Shown here: positions 19,619 to 27,978 of the stretch, one piece after another | Layout: each line of letters begins with the position of its first letter | Numbering within the stretch: the stretch's first letter is position 1 | Assembly: GCA_965203515.1 (NCBI GenBank) | Contig: OZ241907.1 | Location: 608,001 to 672,000, forward strand | Source: Spirochaetia bacterium | Lineage (GTDB): Bacteria; Spirochaetota; Spirochaetia; SZUA-6; Bin103 | Length of the DNA stretch: 64,000 bases | Direction: 5' to 3' | Notes under the pieces: generated by a model | Database searches by the model: none | Told to the model about the DNA's origin: nothing | What the model saw: only the letters and a program-made list of their open reading frames with translations | Program-made: the position numbers and the translations under genes

Positions 19619-20701
19619 TCAGAGCGCGCCGGCGACCAGGTCGCCGACCTCGGTGGTCGAGTAGCCCATTCGGCCGGCCGACATGCTCCGCATCCTGGGG
19701 GTGGTCGCGCGGATCGCGGCGTCGATCCGTTGCGACGCGCGCGTCAGGTTGGCCAACCCCTTCTGCTCGCCAAGCACCGACAGCAGCATCCCCATGGCGG
19801 CGATGGCGGCGATCGGGTTGATCACGTTCTTGCCGGTGTACTTGGGGGCCGAGCCGCCCATGCACTCGAACATGCTGCAGCCGCCCGGGTCCGGGTTGAT
19901 GTTGCCGCCGGCGGAGACGCCCAGGCCGCCCTGGATCATGGCGCCGATGTCGGTGATGATGTCCCCGAACATGTTGGGCACCACGACCGTGTCGTAGTGC
20001 TCCGGGTTCTTCACGAACCACATGCAGGCGGCGTCGACGTGGTTGTAGTCGCGGGTCACGTCGGGATACTCGACTCCCATCTCGTGGAAGGCGCGCTCCC
20101 ACAGGTTGGCGGCGTAGGTGAGCACGTTGGTCTTGTGCACGAGCGTGAGCTGCATCTTGTCCTTGCGGCGTCGGCACAGCTCGAAGGCGTAGCGCAGGCA
20201 GCGGTCGACGCCGAAGCGGGTGGCGATCATCTCCTGCGTGGCCACCTCCTGCGGGGTGTTCTTGCGCAGGAAGCCGCCGGCGCCGCAGTACAGGTCCTCG
20301 GTGTTCTCGCGCACGACGTCGAAGCTGATGTCGTCCGGTCCCTTGTCCTTGAGCGGCGTGTCCACGCCGGGGTAGAGCTTGATCGGGCGCAGGTTGACGT
20401 ACTGGTCGAGCTGGAAGCGGATCGCCAGCAGCAGCCCCTTCTCCAGGATGCCCGGCGTCACGTCCGGGTGGCCGATGGCGCCCAGGTAGATCGCGTCGAA
20501 CCGGCGCAGCTCGTCGATCTGCCGCTCGGTAATCACTTCGCCGGTGGCCAGATAGCGGTCGCCGCCGTAGTCGAAGTCGACCCGCTCGTAGGAGATGCTC
20601 TCGAGCGGAGCCACCGCCTCCAGCGCCTTGCACGCCTCCGCGGTCACCTCGGGTCCCGTGCCGTCACCCCCGATGACGGCGATCTTGATCGAATCGGACA
20701 C
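19619..20701 (-). CDS. leuB: 3-isopropylmalate dehydrogenase
   Basis: [62 protein letters not shown] before GTG 20701. Confidence 0.88.
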   Translation of the reverse strand: MSDSIKIAVIGGDGTGPEVTAEACKALEAVAPLESISYERVDFDYGGDRYLATGEVITERQIDELRRFDAIYLGAIGHPDVTPGILEKGLLLAIRFQLDQYVNLRPIKLYPGVDTPLKDKGPDDISFDVVRENTEDLYCGAGGFLRKNTPQEVATQEMIATRFGVDRCLRYAFELCRRRKDKMQLTLVHKTNVLTYAANLWERAFHEMGVEYPDVTRDYNHVDAACMWFVKNPEHYDTVVVPNMFGDIITDIGAMIQGGLGVSAGGNINPDPGGCSMFECMGGSAPKYTGKNVINPIAAIAAMGMLLSVLGEQKGLANLTRASQRIDAAIRATTPRMRSMSAGRMGYSTTEVGDLVAGAL

Positions 20702-20767
20702 TGTTCCCTCCGTTGTGTGGCGCATCCTACCAGATCGCTCCGTCCGCCGCCTTGCTCGCAGGGCGAC

Positions 20768-21265
20768 GAGCAGACCGAGAAGAGCTGGACGATCAGCGCG
20801 GCGCACTTCGGCGATGATGGCTCGAACCTGTTGAGCGCAACGTCCAACCGTTCCGCGCCGTATGCCTGGGACCGGATCACCGGCGGCGACGACGTGCGCG
20901 TTTCGATCGGCGGGCATGCGCTGCCGTTCACGAGTACGAGTGAGAAGCCGGTCTTCGCGTCCGATATCTCCGGTGCGGAGTGGACGGTCACCCCGGAGGT
21001 CCGGGCGGGCGCAGTGGTGCTCGTGCTCACCGCCGAGGATCAGACGGAAAGCGCAGGCTTCGTCGAGTCCGTCACGGTCACCAATGCGGGGAGCGGCTAC
21101 ACCTCGGTCCCCGCCGTCACCTTTTCGGCGCCGCCGCCTGGCGGCACCACCGCGACCGCCACGGCAACGCTGGCAGAGGGCGGCTACGATCGATACCAGA
21201 ACCTGCATTGGGCACGCCAAACGCTGTACGGCAAGCAGCTTCTGGTCCAGCTCGTGGAAGAGTGA
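20768..21265 (+). pseudogene. 5'-truncated, single-repeat paralog of the GSGYT-repeat lipoproteins
   Basis: EKSWTI..FG...SNRSAPY.W...WARQTL.GK.LLV matches 26503-27783; no start codon, signal peptide or lipobox; abuts the divergent leuB promoter. Confidence 0.8.
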
Positions 21266-21307
21266 GACGGTCCATTTCAACAGACAGCCTGTGATGGGAG
21301 TACCCTA

Positions 21308-21988
21308 GTGACGACACATCCGCAAAAGAGAACCTGCGCTCTCTGTGGGACCGAGGGTGACCAGGAAATCTTGACGAGCGCATTCGTTTTCGGATCACCC
21401 GACCTCGATACGAGACCGCCGGAAATGCGCAGAGCTGGACTCTTTACCGACGTGCAGCAATGCGGCGGCTGCGGCTACTGCGCCGTCGACGTGAGCAAGT
21501 CGAGTCCGGGCGCTGAGACGGTGGTCAAGAGTTCGGAGTACCGCCGGCAGCTCCACGACGATGCCCTGCCATACTTGGCCAACAGCTTCTTATGCATGTC
21601 TATGGTCAATCGTGCGGCGAACGACTACGCGGGCGCTGCGTGGGCGCTGATCCAGGCGGCATGGGCATGTGACGATGAAGGCAGTGCCGCGGAAGCGGTG
21701 AAGTGCCGCAGCAAGGCAGCCGACATGCTGGTGTACGCCGAAGATCACGGCCAGTCGGTCGCGGAACAGGATGGGGCAAGTACGGCGATTCTCGTAGATC
21801 TGCTCCGCCGGGCAGGGCGCTTGGACGACGCTCGTGCGGCGATCGACCAAAGACCGACCGGGCAGGCCGAAGAGGTTATCGTCAAGGTTCTCCGGTACCA
21901 GGATCAATTGATAGCGCAAGGCGACACGGGTCGTCACACGATGGCCGAAGCCGTCGAGGACGGTGAAGAAGCATCGGAACGTGTCTGA
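21308..21988 (+). CDS. Zn-ribbon + TPR-like protein (DUF2225-like)
   Basis: CALC...PDLDTRP...CGGCGYC, then helical AAWACDD and DLLRRAGRLDDA. Confidence 0.7.
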   Translation: MTTHPQKRTCALCGTEGDQEILTSAFVFGSPDLDTRPPEMRRAGLFTDVQQCGGCGYCAVDVSKSSPGAETVVKSSEYRRQLHDDALPYLANSFLCMSMVNRAANDYAGAAWALIQAAWACDDEGSAAEAVKCRSKAADMLVYAEDHGQSVAEQDGASTAILVDLLRRAGRLDDARAAIDQRPTGQAEEVIVKVLRYQDQLIAQGDTGRHTMAEAVEDGEEASERV

Positions 21989-22237
21989 ATGTCGGCGCCC
22001 CGCCAGACGGAGGCCCGCCTCCACGACGAAGCCGCCGCCCGCCACCCGCCAACCAGGCGGAAGCCGCCCAGAGCCAGGCGGAAGCGCATCGCCCGCACTT
22101 GAGGCGCTGCTCCACGAGCGGGGTGAGAACTGACGATGATGCACGCCTGCAACCGCGCGGTGCGGGATGCTCGGCAGCGGATGCGGCCGCTGCTGGACGA
22201 CTTGGAGCGGGAAGGAAGCGGTGGTCAGGACGACATG

Positions 22238-22477
22238 GGGACTCCGCGCCTACGCGCGGCGCGATTGGGATGCGCCCAGAGCGCCGTTCACGCTGGCGCC
22301 GGGTGAACCTGCCGGTAGCGGACAGCGGACAAGGTACGGCTCGCCATCGATCTGTCCGAAGCGGCGCGCGCGACTCGACCGGACTGGCCGAACGACGCGA
22401 CCCGCCGCGCTGATCTCGAGACGCACCTTCGCGTCCGCGCGCTGCTCGACCGCGCGGCCCACGTCGGCGCTCGCTGA
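22238..22477 (+). pseudogene. Decayed small gene resembling the partner of nucleotidyltransferase-type TA pairs
   Basis: LRAYARRDWDAP...DKVRLAIDL.EAARATRPDWP.DATRRADLETHLRVRALLDRAAHVGAR is split over frames by a +1 base and a 7-bp duplication agcggac; family recalled from memory. Confidence 0.4.
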
Positions 22478-23525
22478 CGCAGAGGCGCGAAGCAACGACC
22501 TGCCGGGCGGCGCCGCGGCAGCACCCGCTCCCGCCATCCTAGTCCGCCACCTGCACCAGAAGCCGCTTGCCCGCCAGCGTCTGGCGCGCCCAGAACAGGT
22601 TGTAGTATTGATCGTTGCCGCCCTCCGCCAGTGTTGCCGTGGCGGTCGCGCCGCTGCCCCCTCCGCCCGTAATCGTAACCTCGGGCGGTGACAGGTAACC
22701 GCTCCCCCGGTTCGTGACCGTCACCGACGTGACCTCGGTTCGCAGCGCCGCGCTGCCGGTTGCCGTCTGGGGGGAACCACCGCCCGTCGAGGTCATGAAG
22801 GTCACGGTCGGGGCGGACGTGTAGCCGCTCCCGGGGTTCGTGATCGTCACTCCGGTTACTCTTCTTTGCACCACGTCGGGTCTGGCGGCCGCACCGCTGC
22901 CCCCTCCTCCCGAAAACGTAACGGCAGGGGGAGACGTCATGCTGTAGCCGCTCCCCCGGTTCCCCATCGTATAGGAGTAAAGTGACCCGCTCTGTATCGC
23001 GACCGTTACGGTTGCCTGGGTGCCGCCCGAGCCGGCCGGCGGAGGGTCGATCGTCACGGTTGGGGCAGAGGTGTAACCGCTCCCCGTGTTCGTGATGATT
23101 ATTCTCGTTACTTCGGTTCGCATCGTCGTCGTTCCGGTCGCCGTGGTGCCGCTGGTCGGCGCCGCGAACGTCACGGTTGGACAACACCCGGAGTAGTAAT
23201 AACCGAGGGCCCCCATCGTCACTGACGCCACGCCGCCAGGCCCCACCGCGGCGCCGGTTGCCGCGGTGCCGCCGGACGGCGCCGCCTCAAACGTCACGGT
23301 GGGAACCGAAGTGTAGCCGCTCCCCGGGTTGGTGAGCCTCACCGACTCCACGAAGCCCAGGTTTTCGGTCTGATCCGGAGCGGTGAGCACCAGCGTCACC
23401 GCGCCCGCCCGAACCTCGGCGGCAACCCTCCACTCCGTGCCGGAGATGTCGGGTAAGCGTCCGGTGAACCCCACCTTACAAGGGGATATATAGAGGTACA
23501 TCGTCCCTGGCAGGAGGGACGAACG

Positions 23526-23840
23526 ATGAGACAGGGACGAGAGTATTGGAGCCGGCACGTGGCAGCGTGGCGACGCAGTGGGCTCACGAAGAAGGCGTAT
23601 TGCGAGCAGCATGGTCTGTCCTACTGGTCGCTGCGCAACTGGGACGGCAAGCTGCCGGAGACGGCCGACCGGCGTCAGCCGCTGGTCGAGTTGGCGCGGG
23701 CGGCCGGCGGGGCCAAGGACGCCGAGCAGCACGCGACGATGGAGTTGCTGGTCGGCGAGCGGTACGTGCTGCGGCTGTGGCCGTCGGTCCGCGCTGAGCA
23801 TCTGCGCGAGGTGCTGGCGGCGCTGGAGGCGCTGAAGTGA
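23526..23840 (+). CDS. tnpA: IS66 accessory protein TnpA
   Basis: W..HVAAWRRSGLTKKAYCEQHGLS HTH; first ORF of the IS. Confidence 0.9.
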   Translation: MRQGREYWSRHVAAWRRSGLTKKAYCEQHGLSYWSLRNWDGKLPETADRRQPLVELARAAGGAKDAEQHATMELLVGERYVLRLWPSVRAEHLREVLAALEALK

Positions 23841-24190
23841 TCCGGCTGGAGTTGGAGGCGGCGCGCATCTACGTGCGGCCTGGTGCGACCGACCTGCGCA
23901 AGCAGATCAACGGGCTGGTGCTGCTGGTGCAGGAGCAGATGCGGTTGAGTCCGTTCGAGGCGTCGTTGTTCGTGTTCTGCAACGGGCAGCGGCGACTGCT
24001 GAAGGCGGTGTACTGGGATCGGACGGGGTTCTGTCTGTGGATGAAGCGGTTGGAGCAGGGCAGCTTTCCGTGGCCGCGAACGGCGGCCGAGGCGCGGCGA
24101 GAGATCGACGCCGAGCAGCTGCGGATGCTGTTGGCAGGGATCGATTTCTGGAACCGACACGAGGAGTTGAGCTACGCCGAAATCGCCTGA
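23837..24190 (+). CDS. tnpB: IS66 accessory protein TnpB
   Basis: TDLRKQINGL, LFVFCN, YWDRTGFCLWMKRLEQGSFPWP. Confidence 0.95.
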   Translation: MIRLELEAARIYVRPGATDLRKQINGLVLLVQEQMRLSPFEASLFVFCNGQRRLLKAVYWDRTGFCLWMKRLEQGSFPWPRTAAEARREIDAEQLRMLLAGIDFWNRHEELSYAEIA

Positions 24191-24241
24191 CGGGCTTGGT
24201 TCGATCTTGACTGGCGGCGGTATTTGAGGTAAGGTAGAGAC

Positions 24242-25933
24242 ATGTCTGCCGCACCGTCGGTGGTCGAACAACGCGACAGGTTGCGCGTGGAGAATCGGCT
24301 GCTGGTCCTGGAAAAAGACGAGTTGATCGTGCGCAACGATCAACTCGTCGCCAGGAATAGTTCACTCGTCACCAGGAATAGTGCGCTGGATCATCAGGTC
24401 CATGCGCTGGATCATCAGGTCCAGGAGTTGGACAAGAAGATTGAGCTCTATGAAGAGGAGCTCGCCTGGTACCGAAACCGGCGGTACGGGCGCAGCAGCG
24501 AACAGCTGAGCGCTGCCGAGCAGCAGCAGATCCGGCTGTTCAACGAGATCGAACGGAGCGCCGACCACGCCTTGCCGGTCGACCCACTGCCTGCCGAACC
24601 GGCGGCCGCCCCGGTGCCGAGCCGCGCCCGGCGCCCGCGCCGCCAACCGCTGCCGCCGTCGCTGCCGCGGGTCGAGCGGGTCGTCGACCTTCCCGAAGCA
24701 GACCAGCAGTGCGCCTGCGGCCACCGCATGGTCCGCATCGGCGAGGAGACCGCCGAGAAGCTCGACGTGATCCCGCCGCAGGTGCGGGTGCTCCGCACGG
24801 TGCGGCCGAAGTACGCCTGCCATCACTGCGAGGGCTCCGGCGACGAGCAGCGTGCGGCGGTGCGGGTGGCGCCGGCGCCGGCGGCGCTGATCCGCAAAGG
24901 AGTCGCCAGCGAAGGGCTGCTGGCGTTCATCGCCACGGCGAAGTTCTGCGACGCGCTGCCGCTGTACCGGCAGGAGCAGCAGTTCGCGCGGCTGGGAGTG
25001 GCGGTGTCGCGGCGCACGATGGCCGACTGGATGCTGGCGGTCGCCGGCGCCTGTCGGCCGCTGCTGGCAGCGCTGGGCGACCAACTGCGCGGCGGACCGA
25101 TCCTGCAAATCGACGAAACGACCGTGCAGGTGCTCAACGAGCCGGGACGCGCCAACGCGACGCGCAGCTACGTATGGGTGGCCCGCGGCGGGCCGCCGGC
25201 GGCGCCGGTGGTGATCTACCGGTATGAGCCGAGTCGGGCCGCACGGGTGGCGGCCGACATCATCGGCGACTACCAGGGCTACGTGCAGACCGATGGGTAT
25301 GAGGGCTACCTGCGGCCGTGCAGCCAGCCGGGCATCCGGCACGTGGGCTGTTGGGCGCACGTGCGGCGCGCCTTCAAGGAGGCCGCCGAGGCGTTGAGCA
25401 AGGTATCGAGCCGTAGCGGTGCGGCGCTGCAGGCGCTGGGGTACATCGCCAAGCTGTACCGCATCGAGACGCAGCTAGCGAGGTACCGGACCGAGGACCC
25501 CGAACGGTTCGTGGCCGAGCGGCGCGCGCGGGTGGAGCCGGTGCTCGTGCAGATGCACGAGTGGCTGCGGCACAAGCGGGAGCAGGTGCTGCCGAGTTCG
25601 GCGCTCGGCAAGGCGGTGGGGTTCGCGTTGGGACAGTGGCCGAAGCTGATCGGCTATGTGGAGCACGCGCAGTTGACGCCGGACAACAACGCCTGCGAGC
25701 AGGCGATCCGGCCGTTCGTGGTGGGCCGCAAGAACTGGCTGTTTGCCGGCAGCCCGCGCGGCGCTGCGGCGAGCGCGACGCTGTACAGCCTGATCGAGAC
25801 GGCGAAGGCCAACCGGCGAGAGCCGTACTGGTATCTGCGCGAGTTGTTCGAGCAGCTGCCGCACGCGCGTACCCGTGCCGATTTCTTGGCGCTCCTGCCG
25901 ACCGCGCGTCCACCGCCGCCGCCCGCTACGTAG
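24242..25933 (+). CDS. tnpC: IS66 DDE transposase TnpC
   Basis: YGRSSE, CACG Zn finger, LPLYRQ, IDETTV, QTDGY, CWAHVRR, DNNACEQAIR, GRKNWLF, YSLIETAK. Confidence 0.97.
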   Translation: MSAAPSVVEQRDRLRVENRLLVLEKDELIVRNDQLVARNSSLVTRNSALDHQVHALDHQVQELDKKIELYEEELAWYRNRRYGRSSEQLSAAEQQQIRLFNEIERSADHALPVDPLPAEPAAAPVPSRARRPRRQPLPPSLPRVERVVDLPEADQQCACGHRMVRIGEETAEKLDVIPPQVRVLRTVRPKYACHHCEGSGDEQRAAVRVAPAPAALIRKGVASEGLLAFIATAKFCDALPLYRQEQQFARLGVAVSRRTMADWMLAVAGACRPLLAALGDQLRGGPILQIDETTVQVLNEPGRANATRSYVWVARGGPPAAPVVIYRYEPSRAARVAADIIGDYQGYVQTDGYEGYLRPCSQPGIRHVGCWAHVRRAFKEAAEALSKVSSRSGAALQALGYIAKLYRIETQLARYRTEDPERFVAERRARVEPVLVQMHEWLRHKREQVLPSSALGKAVGFALGQWPKLIGYVEHAQLTPDNNACEQAIRPFVVGRKNWLFAGSPRGAAASATLYSLIETAKANRREPYWYLRELFEQLPHARTRADFLALLPTARPPPPPAT

Positions 25934-26368
25934 AGGGTGGGATTCCCCGGACGCTTACGATGTCGGACGCGAAGACCGGTTTGGCGCTCGTGCTCGTGAA
26001 CGGCAGATCGTGTCCGTCGATCGAAACGCTCACTTCGGCGCCGGCGGTGATCGGCTCCCACTCATACGGCGCGGAACGGTTGGACACGTCGCCCATCAGG
26101 TTCAGTTCATCATTACCAAAGTCCGCCGCCCCGATCGTCCAGCTCTTCTCCCTCTTCTCTGCCGGCGGCGGAGTGGGCGTCGGCTCACTCGGAGTCCCCC
26201 CCTGGGCCGGGTCGGTGGTTGTGGCGGGCGTGCGCGCCGTCGGCGCGCACGCCATCAGGGAGGCGGCGACAGCGACGGCCAGCAACACGCGACAACGATG
26301 CTCTCTACCCCACATCTCTTCCTCCTGCTCCTCCTGCCAGCGTTGGAGCGTTGGAGCGCCAAACGGCA

Positions 26369-26448
26369 CCATGATCCATGGTAGCATGCGCTCCCAGACC
26401 AATCCACCGGCTGTGGTAGAAATGTGATTTATCCGGTATTTCCGTGGA
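26369..26448 (-). promoter_or_regulatory. Conserved upstream block of lipoprotein copy A (extended -10 plus CRP/FNR-like half site)
   Basis: Near-identical to 27827-27900; TGnTACCAT on the minus strand; AAATGTGA-N6-CGGTATTT at 26420-26441. Confidence 0.5.
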
Positions 26449-26502
26449 GGGCGCGAAGCAACGACCTGCTGGCGGCGCCGCGGCAGCACCGCTCCCGCAG
26501 TC

Positions 26503-27783
26503 CTAGTCCGCCAGCTCCACCAGAAGCCGCTTGCCCGCCAGCGTCTGGCGCGCCCAGAACAGGTTGTGGTATTGATCGTTGCCCTCCTCCGCCAGTATTG
26601 CCGTGGCGGTCGCGCCGCTGCCCCCTCCGCCCGTAATCGTAACGTCGGGCGGTGACGGGTAACCGCTCCCCCGGTTCGTGACCGTCACCGACGTGACCTC
26701 GGTTTGCAGCACCGCGCTGCCGGTTGCCGTACGGGGAGCACCACCGCCCACCGAGGTCTGAAAGGTCACGGTCGGGGCGGACGTGTAGCCGCTCCCGGGG
26801 TTCGTGATCGTCACTCGGTTTACGCTTCTTTGCACCATGTCGGGTCTGGCGGCCGCACCGCTGCCCCCTCCTCCCGAAAACGTAACGGCAGGGGGAGACG
26901 TGAGGCTGTAGCCGCTCCCCCGGTTCCCCATCGCATAGGTGCTAATCGCCCCCGCCACTATCCCGACGATCGTTGCGGTTGCCTGGGTGCCGCCTGAGCC
27001 GGCCGGCGGAGGGTCGATCGTCACGGTTGGGGCAGAGGTGTAGCCGCTCCCCAGGTTATCAAAGAATAGTCTCCCTACTTCGGTTCGCATCGTCGTTGTT
27101 CCGGTCGCCGTGGTGCCGCCGGACGGCGCCGCCCCGAACGTCACGGTTGGACAACACCCGGAGTTGTAATAACCGCCGACGCGCCCGGTCAGGCTGTCCA
27201 CCCCAAGCTGCACGCGCAAGACGCCGCCGGGCCCCACCGCGGCGCCGGTTGCCGCGGTGCCGCCGGACGGCGGCGCGTCAAACGTCACGGTGGGAACCGA
27301 GGTGTAGCCGCTCCCCCCGTTCGTGAGCCTCACCGACTCCACGAAGCCCAGGTTTTCGGTCTGATCCGGGGCGGTGAGCACCAGCGTCACTGCGCCCGCC
27401 CGAACCTCGGCGGCAACCGACCACTCCGCGCCGGAGATGTCGGATGCGAAGACCGGCTTGGCGCTCGTGCTCTTGAACGGCAGATCGTGTCCGTCGATCG
27501 AAACGCTCACTTCGGCGCCGGCGGTGATCGGCTCCCACTCATACGGCGCGGAACGGTTGGACACTTCGCCCACCAGGTTCGGTTCATCACTACCAAAGTC
27601 CGCCGCGCCGATCGTCCAGCTCTTCTCCCTCTTCTCTGCCGGCGGCGGAGTGGGCGTCGGCTCACTCGGAGTTCCCTGGGCCGGGTCGGTGGTTGTGGCG
27701 GGCGGCCGCGCCGCCGGCGCGCACCCCATCAGCGTGGCGATGCCGGCGGCCAGCAACAGCGACAACGACGATGCTCTACTCAC
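26503..27783 (-). CDS. GSGYT-repeat surface lipoprotein, copy B (intact)
   Basis: GGAGG RBS + GTG; signal peptide with lipobox LMGC; Pro/Thr tether; six GSGY/GYY-PTVT repeats between conserved N- and C-terminal segments. Confidence 0.88.
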   Translation of the reverse strand: MSRASSLSLLLAAGIATLMGCAPAARPPATTTDPAQGTPSEPTPTPPPAEKREKSWTIGAADFGSDEPNLVGEVSNRSAPYEWEPITAGAEVSVSIDGHDLPFKSTSAKPVFASDISGAEWSVAAEVRAGAVTLVLTAPDQTENLGFVESVRLTNGGSGYTSVPTVTFDAPPSGGTAATGAAVGPGGVLRVQLGVDSLTGRVGGYYNSGCCPTVTFGAAPSGGTTATGTTTMRTEVGRLFFDNLGSGYTSAPTVTIDPPPAGSGGTQATATIVGIVAGAISTYAMGNRGSGYSLTSPPAVTFSGGGGSGAAARPDMVQRSVNRVTITNPGSGYTSAPTVTFQTSVGGGAPRTATGSAVLQTEVTSVTVTNRGSGYPSPPDVTITGGGGSGATATAILAEEGNDQYHNLFWARQTLAGKRLLVELAD

Positions 27784-27826
27784 AGTTCACCTCCAGGCAG
27801 CAGCTGGTCTCACGCCAAGCTGCGCG

Positions 27827-27900
27827 CCATGGTAGCATGCGCTCCCAAGACCAATCCACGGCTGTAGTAGAAATGTGATTTGTCCGGTATTTCCGTGGAG
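27827..27900 (-). promoter_or_regulatory. Conserved upstream block of lipoprotein copy B
   Basis: Second copy of the 26369-26448 block; AAATGTGA at 27871-27878. Confidence 0.5.
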
Positions 27901-27978
27901 ATAACCAACGGCCAATCGGGAGCCCGCCTCGCGGAGGCTCGTTGACAGGGCGGCGGAGATGGTGCACAGAGTTGATCG

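Larger units (their letters stand above)
23453..25958 (+). mobile_element. Complete IS66-family insertion sequence (2506 bp)
   Basis: TIRs GTAAGCGTCCGGTGAACCCCACC and GTAAGCGTCCGGGGAATCCCACC (21/23 identical); 8-bp TSD GATGTCGG at 23445-23452 and 25959-25966; tnpA-tnpB-tnpC inside. Confidence 0.97.
22539..26315 (-). pseudogene. GSGYT-repeat lipoprotein, copy A, interrupted by IS66
   Basis: 5' part 25959-26315 (ATG, lipobox LMAC) and 3' part 22539-23452 rejoin in frame (FASDI|SGTEW) once the IS and one TSD are removed. Confidence 0.92.

Noticed and set aside
19619..21280. 553-aa ORF as an extended LeuB fusion
   Set aside because: The N-terminal 193 aa are the antisense of the lipoprotein fragment; the real start is GTG 20701 with an RBS.
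22539..23801. 420-aa minus-strand ORF as an intact gene
   Set aside because: It is a chimera of antisense IS66 sequence and the 3' half of the interrupted lipoprotein.
23837..24190. IS66 TnpB as an RNA-guided TnpB nuclease
   Set aside because: Name overlap only; this is the 117-aa IS66 accessory protein with no RuvC domain.
20768..27783. Lipoprotein paralogs as a diversity-generating retroelement
   Set aside because: No reverse transcriptase in the window; differences include indels and are not adenine-specific.
22539..27783. GSGYT repeats as evidence of a prophage
   Set aside because: The genes carry lipoprotein signals, and no capsid, terminase, portal or integrase genes are nearby.
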